A stretch of DNA of 63,334 bases, filler included, from Basidiobolus ranarum (GCA_040143965.1; 12 parts of 12 records of this genome joined end to end with filler, not necessarily neighbours in it); one strand, 5' to 3'. Counted from the whole stretch's first letter, positions 11,158 through 24,619 are shown. Made by a program: numbers and translations. Notes: generated from the sequence alone by a model not told the origin.

Positions 11158-12624
11158 ATGTCTACCGACCTGAACCATCTACATGAGCCTAAACTCACAG
11201 GCTGGCATCTTCGGGCTATCGTTATTGCTGGTATCGGATTCTTTACTGATGCTTATGATATATTCATCATCAACTTGGCCGTTCCAATGATGGGCTACAT
11301 TTACTTCAAAGAAAACAACAACAAAATTCCCAAGCAATATGAGGGTCCATTAAAAGGTGCCACCGCTTTTGGTACTCTCATCGGTCAATTACTCTTTGGC
11401 TACTTGGGTGATCGTCTGGGGAGAAAGAAAATGTATGGCTCCGAATTAGTTATTATCATTTTTGCAACCATTTGCTGTGCTATGGCTGGTGGCTGGGTCA
11501 AAGGAGTAAACGTGATCGCCGTCTTAGGTTTCTGGCGGTTCATTCTTGGGATCGGTATAGGTGGTGATTATCCAGTATCTGCAGTTATCACATCCGAATT
11601 TGCTTCCACAAGTAGACGTGGTATGATGATTGCCGCGGTGTTCGCCTCACAAGGTACCGGTATCCTGGTCGGAGCGTTGTTTACGGTCATGGCCCTGGCA
11701 ATATTTCAAAGTTCGATCCGTGCTGATCAAAATAATCTTGACTACGTATGGAGACTAATGCTTGGTTTTGGATGTGTCCCAGCTCTTTTTACCGTGTACT
11801 TTCGTTTAACTATGCCTGAATCACCACGTTACACTTTAGAAGTAAATGGAGACGTTGAGCAAGCTACCAAGGACATGATGGGCATTTTGGGCGAGCATGA
11901 GAAAGAGCGTATTGAATCTCAGCATAAAATAGCGAAAGTTCAATCATCTTTCACCGAATACTTTGGCCAGTGGAAGAATCTAAAGATCTTGCTGGGAACA
12001 TCTCTGTCTTGGTTCTTCCTCGATATTGCTTTCTATGGTCTTTCGCTCAACCAATCCTACATATTGCAAGCCATTGGATACTCCTCAAAAGGACTCTCTC
12101 CATATGATGCTTTATGGTCCGAGGCTGTAGGCAACTTGATTATCTCACTCATGGGAACTGTTCCAGGCTATTGGTTTACTGTATTTCTCATCGAGCGTAT
12201 GGGTCGCATCAAGATTCAGTTAATGGGCTTTGCTTTCCTTACTGCCATCTTCATTGTCCTCTCGGCAGGATTCTACAAGATCCGTGACACTGCTATTGCT
12301 TTGTTCATTGCCTTGTTCACTCTAGCCCAGTTTTTCTTCAATTTTGGTCCTAATACCACCACTTTTGTACTCCCCTCGGAGGTATTTCCCACCCGATTCC
12401 GTTCTACTGCTCATGGTATTTCAGCAGCCTCCGGTAAGCTTGGAGCTATTATCGCTACATTTGGGTTTAATCAATTGGTCGAAATTGGAGGCAAGGATGG
12501 TGATCATGCCTTCCTTCCACAGACATTAGGTATCTTTTCAGGTATCATGTTCCTTGGATTTCTATCTACCTTCTGGGTACCCGAAACTAAAGGTAGATCA
12601 TTGGAAGAAATCTCAGGTGAATAG
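11158..12624 (+). CDS. PHO84: High-affinity phosphate:H+ symporter (PHS/MFS), 488 aa, intronless
   Basis: AGIGFFTDAYD, GDRLGRKKMYG, GGDYPVSA.I.SE, FFNFGPNTTTF and STAHGISAASGK motifs; TATAAAA at 11101. Confidence 0.95.
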   Translation: MSTDLNHLHEPKLTGWHLRAIVIAGIGFFTDAYDIFIINLAVPMMGYIYFKENNNKIPKQYEGPLKGATAFGTLIGQLLFGYLGDRLGRKKMYGSELVIIIFATICCAMAGGWVKGVNVIAVLGFWRFILGIGIGGDYPVSAVITSEFASTSRRGMMIAAVFASQGTGILVGALFTVMALAIFQSSIRADQNNLDYVWRLMLGFGCVPALFTVYFRLTMPESPRYTLEVNGDVEQATKDMMGILGEHEKERIESQHKIAKVQSSFTEYFGQWKNLKILLGTSLSWFFLDIAFYGLSLNQSYILQAIGYSSKGLSPYDALWSEAVGNLIISLMGTVPGYWFTVFLIERMGRIKIQLMGFAFLTAIFIVLSAGFYKIRDTAIALFIALFTLAQFFFNFGPNTTTFVLPSEVFPTRFRSTAHGISAASGKLGAIIATFGFNQLVEIGGKDGDHAFLPQTLGIFSGIMFLGFLSTFWVPETKGRSLEEISGE

Positions 12625-14400
12625 AAATGAAGTAAGCATTATTAGCATTTTAATAAGCAAATGTATCGATAAAGATACCTTGATGCTTTGAATGAGTTGG
12701 TAGAAATAAAAATCCAACCAGTTAGAAAGTCTTCTGCTCAAATGTCTATACCTAATATTTCTATACAAGAAGGAAGCTTCCATGTACAGCCAGTTTTTGA
12801 TTGAGAGAGCTGCACAGTAAATTCAAAAGTGCTGTATATAGAAATTAGTGCCGATTATAGTGACTAAGGTACCTCAGAAGCGTACCCCAAAATAGAAATT
12901 AACGCCAATTATGGTGATGAATATCTTGGATTCTCGGATTCATAATAAGTGGTGGACTAGCCTTTTATGGCATTATTGTCAAAGTTGTGATTTTGAATGA
13001 TTAGTTATTCCATTAATACTTGGTTGTAGTGCTGTAAGCCATAGATGCATATTAATCGTTTGTAAATGATACTTGATTACTGAGATCGCCGCACTTTCCA
13101 AACGATGGTTACGAGATATAGCCAGTAGTTTCCATTATGGTTGATTGATCATGAGACAGTCTGGTGGTTTAGTCAGTAGCAGCAATATTCTGAAAACTTT
13201 GCTCATTGAAGCCCGAACCCAGGATATATTCTTCATTATGTGCTCTGTATAATCCATAAGGCCAGCTTCCAACAAGATATTCACTTATTCAAGAAACTAT
13301 GTTCAATTGCATAGACGTGTTTTTCTTTTAATGGTCTAGACCTCGAGGATATACTAGCAGGTCCGCCAAGAAGAGCAGTTCGAATTGCACTTGCATCGCA
13401 GAATCTAAATGGCTTATAGAACTTCCATCTGACCATATGGGGTAATCTAGGAGTAGTGGAAATTTTTAGCCGACCACTCGAAGCTTTAAAGTATCGTCGA
13501 ATAGGCTTATCAATTATTATAAGCACCAACACAATCTCGTTTGTACGCATATCTACGTAGGATCCTGGCTACGTCCAGATCAGAAATCCCGGCCAACATA
13601 TCATACCAAGTGTACATTATGTGGCTTGTTAAAAAGTACGGAGGATTAATATATCCCATTGTGACACATGCCCTGGTTACATAAATCAGAACATGTACCT
13701 CATTAGGACAGATAATAATTAGCCATTTATACGCCTCTTCTTTCTCCGACCGTATTGAGAAGATTGCCTTAACAAAATGGAAATATCCTTATCATGTAGA
13801 AGTTCTACGTCATCAATCTCTAGATACTCTTGAGTCGGAATTTCTTTAGTAATTTGAGGGCAAATTCGTTTATTCTTACTAAAAGTTATATGTACTTCTC
13901 TAATGCATCGTTCTTGGAGTCATTTTTAATTCTTTTTTCTAGTAGGAGCTTGTAGGGTATTTTTATTTAAGTCTATTTTGCCAGTACGACTCTGGCAAAG
14001 GTGGAAAAAGCAATGAGACTAGGTTTAGTGATTATAGTGGCAACAGGGGTACGACTCTGGTGATGGAACTAGTGCCAAGGATTCGGGAGGGAGTGAGAGA
14101 AACGACTTGATAGGCTGTAATAATAAATATAAAATTTTGATTTACTAGATAGCTCGAATGTATTTCACTTAAAGTTAAAGCGCTTGATATATCTATATAT
14201 GTAATAAAGCGCATGATATATCATATCTATATATGTAATAAAGCTCAAAGTATTATTAGAATAGAATTGAAACACTCGCTATCAGTAGCTATATATACTC
14301 CCAATGGATGTGGTGAATAGTTCAAGGTTTCATACAAATATAAGTTATCATAAAATAAGAGAAGATTTCCAACATTAGATGTGGCTGTATAGATTGAATA

Positions 14401-14464
14401 AAATGGGATTCCTAAATGGGATTCCTAAATGGGATTCCTAAATGGGATTCCTAAATGGGATTCC
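14401..14464. repeat. Tandem repeat, 13-bp unit AAATGGGATTCCT x ~5
   Basis: Perfect head-to-tail copies read directly; no spacers. Confidence 0.95.
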
Positions 14465-16075
14465 GATACTTTGAAGAAACATTAGTATAAATTGAAACAT
14501 CAACTAGCTATTACATTATTCTTATGCTAAGTGGAGTGAGAGTTTGGAATATTAACAATGTCCGACTAAACAATCGCTCAGGTCACACCATGCTTTGAAC
14601 ACAAGTATAAGTATTACTGAGTGAGTTCCATTAGGAATCTCCAATTTGTTAATTAACGATTGGTTTATCTTCAAATTAATCCATACTACTTGAATATATG
14701 AATATACCAATGTTGGAGTGCGGGACTTCAGAAAAGGCCATCTCAATGTAAGCGACCCTGATAGAAGCATTGGAATCAATCAATATATAGAGTAGCACAT
14801 CTCCAGTCAATACCGAAGTTGTTTTGTGCGTGATCAGCACATCTAATGCCGCATTGCTCTAGGCAGTTCAGAATACTGAATTTCTTCGATGCAAAGCCTA
14901 TTTATATCTAAATTCACTATTCACGGTTCAATTGTTCCACTACCTCCACACACAAAGAGTAGAACATCTTTAGTACATATCTCCTCTAATGGAACCTGTA
15001 GGCCCATAATATTAATAAGCTCAGCGTTAGTGCTTAAGTGATATGTAGTAATATACCGAGTTAAGTCCTTCACAACGACTTAGAATATATATCACCCACT
15101 TCACAACCTGAAATTACTCCGACTGTGGCGTATTCATCTACTGGTGATTGGTATTAATTAACTGCTAGTTGAACCGGTCATCTTACTTTTGTTGCCTGTA
15201 CCTTGTCCAGATTCCACTTGATTATATATGAGTACTTAGAGACAGAAATCTGACTAAGCATGTCACTCACTGTCAGATGCAAGTTTGAACTAAAGAATCC
15301 ATTTCACCACACTGAGTCGAAGGCAATCCTACAATGTTATCTATGATAGGTTATACATTTAATATGCTATTAGCTGAGAATTGTTAAATCAATAATCCGG
15401 CCCTTTCTTGCATTAATTGAAGTTTTGTCGTATATGAATGCTTAAAATTCACTTGCGGCGTCAACTCAATACAGTGAAGAACTTACAAACCACACCGGAT
15501 GGGTGAAACTCTTTTATTAGTTGGCCTAAGCCAGCACAAGGCCCCTTGGTCAAGTTTTTAAGACTCTTTATCAGTCAGCTATGTATATTTTCAAATAGAG
15601 AGTAGAATTACAGTTTGAAACAGTGAATGTGGGGTGAGAGAATATCAATTATAAACATTTGTACCTTCACCCCGTGCATACGCATCTCAGATATAGGAGA
15701 AATGATAATTCCGTCAGTAAGGGGTAAAGAAAGTGATAGATCATAGAAATACAAGAATATAAATAGAGACCATCAATCTATGCAANNNNNNNNNNNNNNN
15801 NNNNNNNNNNNNNNNNNNNNNNNNNNNNNTTAATTAATTAANNNNNNNNNNNNNNNNNNNNNNNNNNNNNNNNNNNNNNNNNNNNAAGATAGCTCATTTT
15901 ACTCACACAGATATTATGCACACTACCCCAATGTTAGTTTTCTTTATTTCCACCAAAAAGTATAAATGCTTTATTTCTGGGCAATAAACATTTATCTCAC
16001 AAAGCTATTCACAACTCCACTTTTCTAAAGTTCCTCCAGACAGCCCATATTTTCCCAATAGGATAAACTGTAAGT

Positions 16076-16816
16076 GCCTGTATAATTTGGAGTAATTTGT
16101 TTGTATAATAATCTGATAGTACTTCTAGGAAAGCTGCAAGACATACTTCTTGGTGGGATAGATTGAAATATGCTGTATTATTGTTTTAGCCTTTGGGCAA
16201 TCTATTCAAGTAATGACACATCTACTTGTGGCTGAACATATGTTGACTGCAAGTCAGGGATATTTTGGCTAAATTCTTTATGGAAATTTGCCAAAATCCA
16301 AGAGCTTATTCTCATTGTGAATGATAACAAGAGTCAGCTATTTGCCAAGTGTCAGTGCTATTCAAAATTTCCAATGTTTGGCAATTTTTCCACCATTAGT
16401 GTACTGGTAAAGCATATTGATGTTGTTGAGTTATGTTTGATCAGTCAAGTATGTGCATATGTAGAGACTAAACACAATAAGGTTCTTATATATTTTGATC
16501 CTCATTATGGCTGGAATACAAAGCTTGAAATATCTAAATAAAGGCATGCATATTAATCTGAATTCCTACAGCAGTAAACCTAGTAATCTGCCATTTGAAA
16601 ATTAGATTTTTGCAAAAATTCCCAGAATTTAAATGAAGCATGCCAAATGTGAGGATGAATATTTTAACATATAGGAATACCATCAGAAAACCATCATCAC
16701 ACCATCAAAATACCTGGCAGAATGCAAGCCATCAATATTGTGATGGTTCTCTGATGGTTTTGCTATCCAGAAGGGTGGATCCAATTTGATTCAAATTGAT
16801 TTCATTTTTGTTAGGG
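16076..16816. mobile_element. Family D DNA-transposon end (CCC terminus), first tandem copy
   Basis: About 740 bp homologous to 16858..17609; ends precisely at ..TTTTTGTTAGGG; subterminal ACCATCA repeats; CpG-poor. Confidence 0.7.
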
Positions 16817-17609
16817 AATAATAGCAACAAATACCAATCCATGGACTTAGAGATAGTACCTCTATAATTTGGACTAATTTGTTTATGTGATAATCTGACA
16901 GTATTTCTAGGAAAGCTGCAAGACAGACTTCTTGGTGAGATAGATCAAGATATGCAGTATCATTGTTTTAGGCATGGGATAATTGGTTCAAGCAATGACA
17001 TATCTATTTGTCACAGGACATTTGTTGACTGCAAGTTGGCCATATTTTGGCTAAATTCCTTATGGAAATTTGCCAAAACTTAAGAGCTTATTTTAATTGT
17101 GAATGGTAACAAGAGTCAGCTTTTTGCCAAGTGTCAGTGCTATTCAAAATTGCAGATGTTTAGTAATCTTTCCATCATTAGTTTGCTGGTAAAGCATATG
17201 GATGTTGTTGAGTTATGTCTGATCAGTCAAGTATGTGTATATACAGAGACTAAACACAATGAGATTCTTGTATTTTTTGATTCTCATTATGGCTGGAATA
17301 TAAAGCAAAAAATATCTAAATAAAGGCATGCATATTAATTCAAATTCCTACAGCAGTAAACCCAATAATTTGCCATTCAAAAATTAGTTTTTTGCAAAAA
17401 TTGTTGGAAATTAAATAACACATGCCAAATATGAGGATCAATATTTAACCATGTATGAATACTATCAAAATATTGTCAAGAAGCTGCCATATCACCATCA
17501 AAATCCCTGGCAGAGTGCAAGCCACCAATATTGTGATGGTCCTCTGATGGTTTTGTGATCCAGAAGGGTGGATCTGATCCGGATCAAAGCGATTTTATTT
17601 TTGTTAGGG
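16817..17609. mobile_element. Family D DNA-transposon end, second copy, abutting Copia gag
   Basis: Same GGG terminus at 17609; gag-B sequence (atgtttcccttcaag) starts at the next base. Confidence 0.7.
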
Positions 17610-18046
17610 ATGTTTCCCTTCAAGAACAAGTTGTATCTTTAATTACCATGCATGGAAATCTTCCCTATTGCATATTAGAATATTACTAATCTCCTTTTGG
17701 GAAGAAGACTCTAATTCACTTGCTGCTACCATGTTGGCAGATCTTGACATAATGGGGATAGAGTTTGTATATCAGAAGTAACTTATAATAGTGTTTTGGT
17801 TACTTTATTCATAAGAGAATATGGTAACTTATATAGTGGAGAAGTAAATCAATGGCTGGAGATATTCAAGAGTTTGTGTAATTAAATATAATAGATAAGT
17901 GGGGGTAATAAGATATACTTATTATATAGATATAGAGATATTTCTAATCAGAATATTGGGGCTATAGATACATTGCTTTCTGTTTTTGATATATGTATCA
18001 TTACTAAAGTTAACTACAATGTTGAATAAAGATTAATTATCTAATA
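17610..18046 (-). mobile_element. Copia family B 5' LTR (17732..18046) + PBS + gag start (17610..17732)
   Basis: Closely similar to 10075..10460; LTR end CCAACA|TGGTAGCAGCAAG. Confidence 0.85.
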
Positions 18047-18493
18047 AAAAAAGAGAATCTAAATATTAATATATATTTCTTTGATGGGCTTTTAAAATTT
18101 AGAGACAAAAGATATGTTTTGGAAAAGTAGTCATTTTGAAAGATATTTGTTTTTTTGAAAATGTTGACAAACTAGCAAACCATTCCTGTTTTGTAAGTTA
18201 CTTACAAAGCATTGATAGCTTAAAAATAGTATTTTCTCAATACCTATGAAGCTATAATATCTGTTAATATGGAAAATCTGCATGTATTTGAATTGTGATG
18301 ATGTGGCAGAATCAAGTCATGATGAATACTCCAGTGGAATTTATTTGGAAATGAACGATTAAGTGATATAAGATTTATTAAAGAAGAAATAAAGAGGATA
18401 GCTATTCTAATGAAAAAGGTGACAAAAAGAGGATTGAAAATCTCATCGAAAATTAACCACTTAAAGCTACGCTACGGATGCCCGAATCAGAAG

Positions 18494-20359
18494 TTAATAG
18501 TAGTTGTAACGATCCTATTGGTCAGTGTAAGAAAGTATTTGTTTAGAATTTGGGGTTGATTTACGCTCTATCATATGACTGCTTACCTGGAAGTCTCTGA
18601 GCATGCTTCCAAGCTATTGATTCAAGAATATCCATTTAGACAAGTGTCAAAAGTAAGATAATAAAATACTCGCCATTACCTTTTCTGCTCCATTTTGAAC
18701 TGCATCCCGAACTGAGTCCAGATCAGTGTTGGTCATCAACCGTTGAGCATACTCACGTGCTTGATATTCAAGGTTACGAAGATCAACTGAGCCATCATCT
18801 ACGTTATCGGAATATTCCTCTTCACGGCCAAAGTATTGATTAGAACTTATACTTTTAGCTCCGGAGAATTCGGTCAGACGTTGGTTTTGTTGGCTTAAAT
18901 GCTCAGCATCATACTCCTTTCTTCCGAAATACATATCAGAAGATATAGCCTTCTGATTACCAAATTTCTCTCTAGCAGTATTGGCTATATAGGGTTAGCA
19001 AGAGATCTTTGTAAATGAATGCTTACCGAAAATGATAACAAGTAAAGATACATACATTCGTCGCTAGTAGAACGATTACCCGAAGCTGACTGAGTGTTAG
19101 CTGAAGGAACGGAGCCAAATCCAAATCGGGGGACATTGTTAGTAGTAGCCTTGCTAGCGGCGCCGGTACTTCCGAAGCCCATGGTAGCAATTTGTGATCC
19201 CAACTGATTAACATCGCTGTTCTTTACTCCCTGAGCAGGTTTTTGAGTGGCAGATCTGGAAGAGCTAAAATCATTTTTAGCTGCTCTCTCAGCTTCCTTA
19301 GCGGCGGCGGCAAGGGCTTGCATTTCGGCTGCTTGAGCGCGTGCGCTTTCTTCCTTAGCGAGTTGCTCGGCTTCCTCAAAACTCATTCCTCCCTTCTTGG
19401 CACCTAGTTTACTAGCACCAAGCTTCGTAGCTCCAAGTTTGGTGGCTCCTAATCCACCTTTACGACTACCAAGGGGTTTTTTGTTCAATGTAGTAGTACG
19501 TGGAGCAGCTGGCTTTGAAACTTTTTCCTCAACAATGGGAGCAGCTTCCACACTGGGCTCAGGGGATTTGGGAACTAGTGGAGAGTTACGGCCAGAAGAG
19601 GAAGCCGATAATGCTGGGGAAGTAGTAGCAGGGGTACCATTCTGTGAGGATTTAGCAGAAATAGAATCTTTCTTTTGACTTTCAAAGGAAGAAAAAAAGT
19701 CTTCCTTATTATCAGCTGGAGAAGTCTCAGTTTGTTCCTCTAATAACACTCTATTTGGAAAACTAGACAAAATATACTATATGAGTATTGAAAGAATTTC
19801 GAAATATTATCGTTGGATAAAATGATCACTTACAGCCTAGCATCCTGTGCTACCTTTTGGTTGAGTTTTTCTTTGTACATTAGAGCAGCTCTGCTAGTAT
19901 ATTTAGATTTAACATCGTTGAACCTATCTCCACCGTGGGAACTGAAAAACTCGGCTGCGGCTAAGTTACCTCCTAACTTAAACCTTCTCAATTGTTCCCA
20001 AGTCCAAGAATCAAGAACAGTCGAGCTAAGTAAGGAGAAAGTGGGTGATGATAAATACGGGTACTACAACTTGTTTTTAAAATAAACCCATTTTACCGAA
20101 CAAAACTGATATGAACACCCAGATTTCTATGAATTCCCGAACAGTCTAAACATAAATAAATTCCAAATGGAATGGAAGACCAAGTAGGATTTTTCGCTTT
20201 GCAGTCAAAACACGCCTAAGAATACAAGTATCATGATAAGAGTAAGTACATCAGGAGTTAGCGAGGTATAGATAACAACAGCCTATGTACCTTATTTTCG
20301 TGCTTGGCCTTGAGTTTAGTGAAGATTTGTTGGATTTCGGATTTAGTGGGTTCGGACAT
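18494..20359 (-). CDS. GLO3: ArfGAP Glo3/ARFGAP2-3; 7 exons 20359..20291, 20215..20097, 20025..19834, 19762..19056, 18984..18680, 18613..18587, 18514..18494
   Basis: Zn finger [46 protein letters not shown] repeats; two Glo3 motifs ([18 protein letters not shown]); all GT-AG introns keep frame. Confidence 0.95.
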
Positions 20360-21400
20360 GTCTCAGAATATAACAAAAGAAAAGTGTCTATGTAGGAGTT
20401 TGTATAAACAGAACTGGGTAGAAAGAAACAAGTGGATAAATAGCCAATGTTATCAATAAAATCTATTCCTGGAAATATCAATGATCTCAGGCAGTCATGA
20501 GACTCGAAAAGATTTGAACCATCACTACTATGTGTATGATTGGTCAAAATTCAATTTATATAAGCTGATCTAACATTTCGAAACGATCAATACAACTATT
20601 CATGTAAGGTGTTAGGGTAATGTAAGGTGTCAAGGTACTAAATATTGGCATCCATTTAGTCATCAGATTTCATTCGATATGGTTTTATGTACTTGCGGAT
20701 TTTTATTTGAAATGTAACACGATGTACCCCAAAGTAGACTGCATAAGTTCTTCTTATTTTGTGACAAATCTAAGATACTGTAGTGTGATAATGTTGTGTG
20801 TTGCGCTGAAGACATAGTCAGTTTTATCAGCATTTATTTTATACGTTAAAAATAGCAATAAACTTATAAAAATAGATAGATCATTTTCTGACTTTTTTAT
20901 CTTCTGACCTTTGCACAGCAAATGTCAATATTCAGTACATATTCAACAGTGGGATGTAGTAAGTAGATTGCTATCTCCCAAGTGCTGGTCATGCACCGAT
21001 TGTAATCTCTTAGTCACTACGAGGCTCACACCACATCACCTGCTTGGGAGGTTTGCTACAGTCCATACCTGGCTGGCNNNNNNNNNNNNNNNNNNNNNNN
21101 NNNNNNNNNNNNNNNNNNNNNTTAATTAATTAANNNNNNNNNNNNNNNNNNNNNNNNNNNNNNNNNNNNNNNNNNNNAAAAGAGGAAATAGATTCACCGA
21201 GCACTATTCATTGGTTGGCTCCAAAGCGGAGGAGACAGTATACAATCAGACCCCTCTTGCAACTACAGGTTTATTTATTATTGGTGACGAACGATTGGTC
21301 GCGACGAAGGTCTACAGATTTTACTCCTGACCACATCGTTCCTGGAAGGATTTAAGCATCATCTCACGCTTGCTGAACCTCTTTACAACACGGACAGAGT

Positions 21401-23889
21401 ATGTCATCCGAAAAACTCTCTAAATGGTCTTGGCGTTGGGAGCCTGTCGAGGTCGCCTGTTGGTGGGTATTGGCAGCTGTATTGCTGTTCTCGCTCGCTG
21501 GGTCTTTTTCAAGTACGTTGAAACTATCGTGTAGATAAGTTGACCTTGTTTTAATTGTTTTTGTCTCTTTTAATTATAGAAAATCAGGACAGCTGTCAAA
21601 ACATGCTTGATTCAGGTCACTGGTTAGATGTTAGCCATTCGAAATGGCAACCAAAAGGATGTATGATGCACCAATATTCCACAAAGGAAAGTGTTCAATG
21701 TATGAAAGGCTCTCGTATAGTCTTCGCTGGCGATTCTACCGTTCGAAGCCTCTTTTTTGCTGTGGGGAGAAAAATGGATTCTACTCAAAACTTTGGAGAT
21801 AAGGTTCATTCCGATTTACGCTTTGATGACGAGCCCAATAAAATCACTGTCGATTTCATCTGGGACCCATATCTGAATTCCACTAAAGTAAGCCATGTAC
21901 TAACTGGTGCCTCGGACACAAAAGCAGATATGTTGATTGCTGGTACTGGCCTATGGTATCTTCGGTATGAGGGTGAGAAAGGGTTCGAAATGTGGAAATC
22001 ACAGATTGATACTTTCATGGAGCAAGCTCGAGTTAGCGCCTCAAAGTTCGTATTATCTCCAGTCATCACACCGAATTATGAGAAACTCAATTCAGATCGC
22101 AAAGCTACTATTACTGCCGAAGCAGTTGTCCAAATGAACAATCATTTAAAGGATTTTGAGAAGAATATGGCTATTCCCTTTTCCTGGAATGTAATGTCGC
22201 AGCTAGCACCAGAAGAAACTGTCGATGGATTACACTATTCCAATAAAGTGACTGATGTTGCATCTGATATTCTACTCAACTTCCGCTGCAACAGTCAACT
22301 ATTGTCGGAGGTTCCTCCATTGTCCACTACCTGTTGTTTCAGATACCCTCTTCCCAACCTTCAACAGTATTCCGTATGGGCCACCTTCATCTTCGTCATT
22401 CCATTGGCATTGCTACTTAAAACATATGGTAAGTCTTGTACATGTATATGTGTTGCTTGTCAGCTGGTTCTAATGTGTGCTATTGTATTTGTTATTACCA
22501 GCGAACCCTATTAGAGAGAAGTCACGGAGAATCTTCAATACCCTTGTTCCCAGTACTCCCATCTTGTGGACATTAACAACCTTTGGCATCGTCATTTTAT
22601 ACATGTTTATATGTGATAGAACTGCGTTGTTCGGAAAGGTCCACAAGGCTTTTAGTTCGGTTACCTTTACAGTATTGGTGCTTTTGACACTCCTGGCTGC
22701 CTACTTTACCCTTCAAGAAAAGGACGACTCTACCTTTTTGAACCGTTTCCAAACTGATGAATGGAAGGGATGGATGCAGATTGTGATCCTAATCTATCAT
22801 TATGTTGGTGCCTCTGGAGTTTCCGGAATATACAACCCAGTTAGAATCCTTGTCGCATCTTACTTATTCATGACTGGCTATGGTCATTTTGTTTTCTTCT
22901 ATAAGAAAGGTGACTTTGGCTTGGGTCGCGTTCTTAGCGTCCTTGTTCGACTCAATCTGCTGACGTTCTTCTTGACTTACACTATGAATACCACCTATCT
23001 GTCATACTACTTCTCACCTTTGGTAACTGTATGGTTCTTGGTTATATATCTCACCATGTACATTCTCTCCTCATATAACAAGAAAACCACCTTCTTGTTG
23101 GCCAAGATAGTCATTTCTGGAATGGTATGTAATACTGTAGTGTACGTTCCTGGAGTATTGGAAACACTATTTCGAATTTGCACGCTCATATTTAATACTG
23201 AATGGTCAGCAAACGAATGGCGCTTTAGAATGGGCTTGGATATTTGGATAGTATTTATTGGGATGCTCATTGCTTTCATTAACATCAAATTTCACGAAAT
23301 GAAGTTCTCGGAGCGCTTAATCTGGCCATCGATTAAGAAATATAGTATTATCGTTTCTGGGATTACCACCGTTTGGTTCTTTTGGTTCGAACTCAGCAGA
23401 GCTAGCAAATTCGAGTACAATCAGTATCATCCGTATATCTCGTGGCTTCCTATCCTTGCGTTCGTTATTCTACGAAATGCTACTGAGAAGCTACGTAAAA
23501 CCACTTCGAAGTTCTTCTTATTCTTTGGAAAATGTTCATTGGAAACTTTTCTATGCCAGTTCCATATGTGGTTAGCCGCAGATACCAAGGGATTACTCAC
23601 ACTTTTCAATTCCCCAAGTCTATTTTGGCTAAACTTTGTGATCACATCTGTCGTCTTTGTTTTCTTATCGCACATCTTGGCTAATGTTACCGGAGAGTTA
23701 ACGAGCTGGATGTGTACTACCAAGAAGCTCACTCGCAAAAATGTTACTTCAGAGGCCTCTGCAGGATTGTTGAGTGACGAAACGGTAGTAGATGATGATG
23801 ACAAGTTGAAGTTACCAAACTTCATGGCTTCACCAGTGTTCAAATTTTCGATTTTCTTTGTCGTGGTGGCTCTGTTGAACCGAATCTAG
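21401..23889 (+). CDS. CAS1: Cas1p/CASD1-family O-acetyltransferase; join(21401..21512,21580..22428,22502..23889)
   Basis: N-terminal SGNH-like domain (GDSTVR, DGLHY) plus multi-TM domain with LNRFQTDEWKGWMQ..ILIYHY, YLFMTGYGH and SLETFLCQFHMWLAADTKG. Confidence 0.93.
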
Positions 23890-24619
23890 ATATCCCTGCT
23901 ATATATTGAAGATACCACCGAGTAGAAATATTTCTAATCCTATTTATACCACTAATTCTCTGTCGCAAATGCCATTTGAAAGCCTATTTGAACACAAATT
24001 AGCATCAATTCTTTCATCTACACTTCTACATGTCACGCATTATCCTGTTGCTCTGATATCGGCATATATATATATATATCGATTTGACTATAAATAAACC
24101 ACACTAAAGATATCTTAACAAGCTTATTGTTGCCTCAAGGTGAGACATGTAATGGTGAATCTTTGAAGATAATTACTACAGATAAATAGGGAGCCCGTCA
24201 CAGAAATATAAATATCGCAGATTCCTTGTGGCGGCAACTATACTCTAAGGATATCGTTGCAGCGAAGGCTCCCATTGTTGTACAAATATACGAGATAGTC
24301 GGAAGAAACTTGATTAGTATGCTAGAAACGCTCAAGGAAGCAAGGAAACATAACAATTATACACCCCAACCTGTCTTTACATCACTAGTTTTACATCAAT
24401 TTAGTGATAATGGTTTTGCGGCACAACACACACTCGGATTTGTTTAAAGTAGTGTGTGATGTTTTTGGCACATACGACAAGTCATGGTAATGCATTTTTA
24501 TTTCATGAAGTTTCTGATTCTTGGGTATGCTGATATGAGAGGTACAGAGAAAGCGTAACGCGATTATTCTGATGTGATGAATATTCACATGGGTTATGAT
24601 TGAAGTCAAGCAGAAATAA

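Noticed and set aside
14401-14464. CRISPR array or telomere
   Set aside because: No spacers, 13-bp unit, internal position in the contig.
16317-17323. Duplicated 74-aa ORFs as a tandem gene pair
   Set aside because: GTG starts, inside CpG-depleted family D repeat copies, no recognisable domain.
21054-21077. 5S rRNA-like start (GCTAC..CCATACC)
   Set aside because: Too short, mismatched and cut by the contig end.
21401-23889. 'Cas1' as a CRISPR gene
   Set aside because: Name coincidence: this is the capsule-type O-acetyltransferase Cas1p, not the CRISPR integrase.
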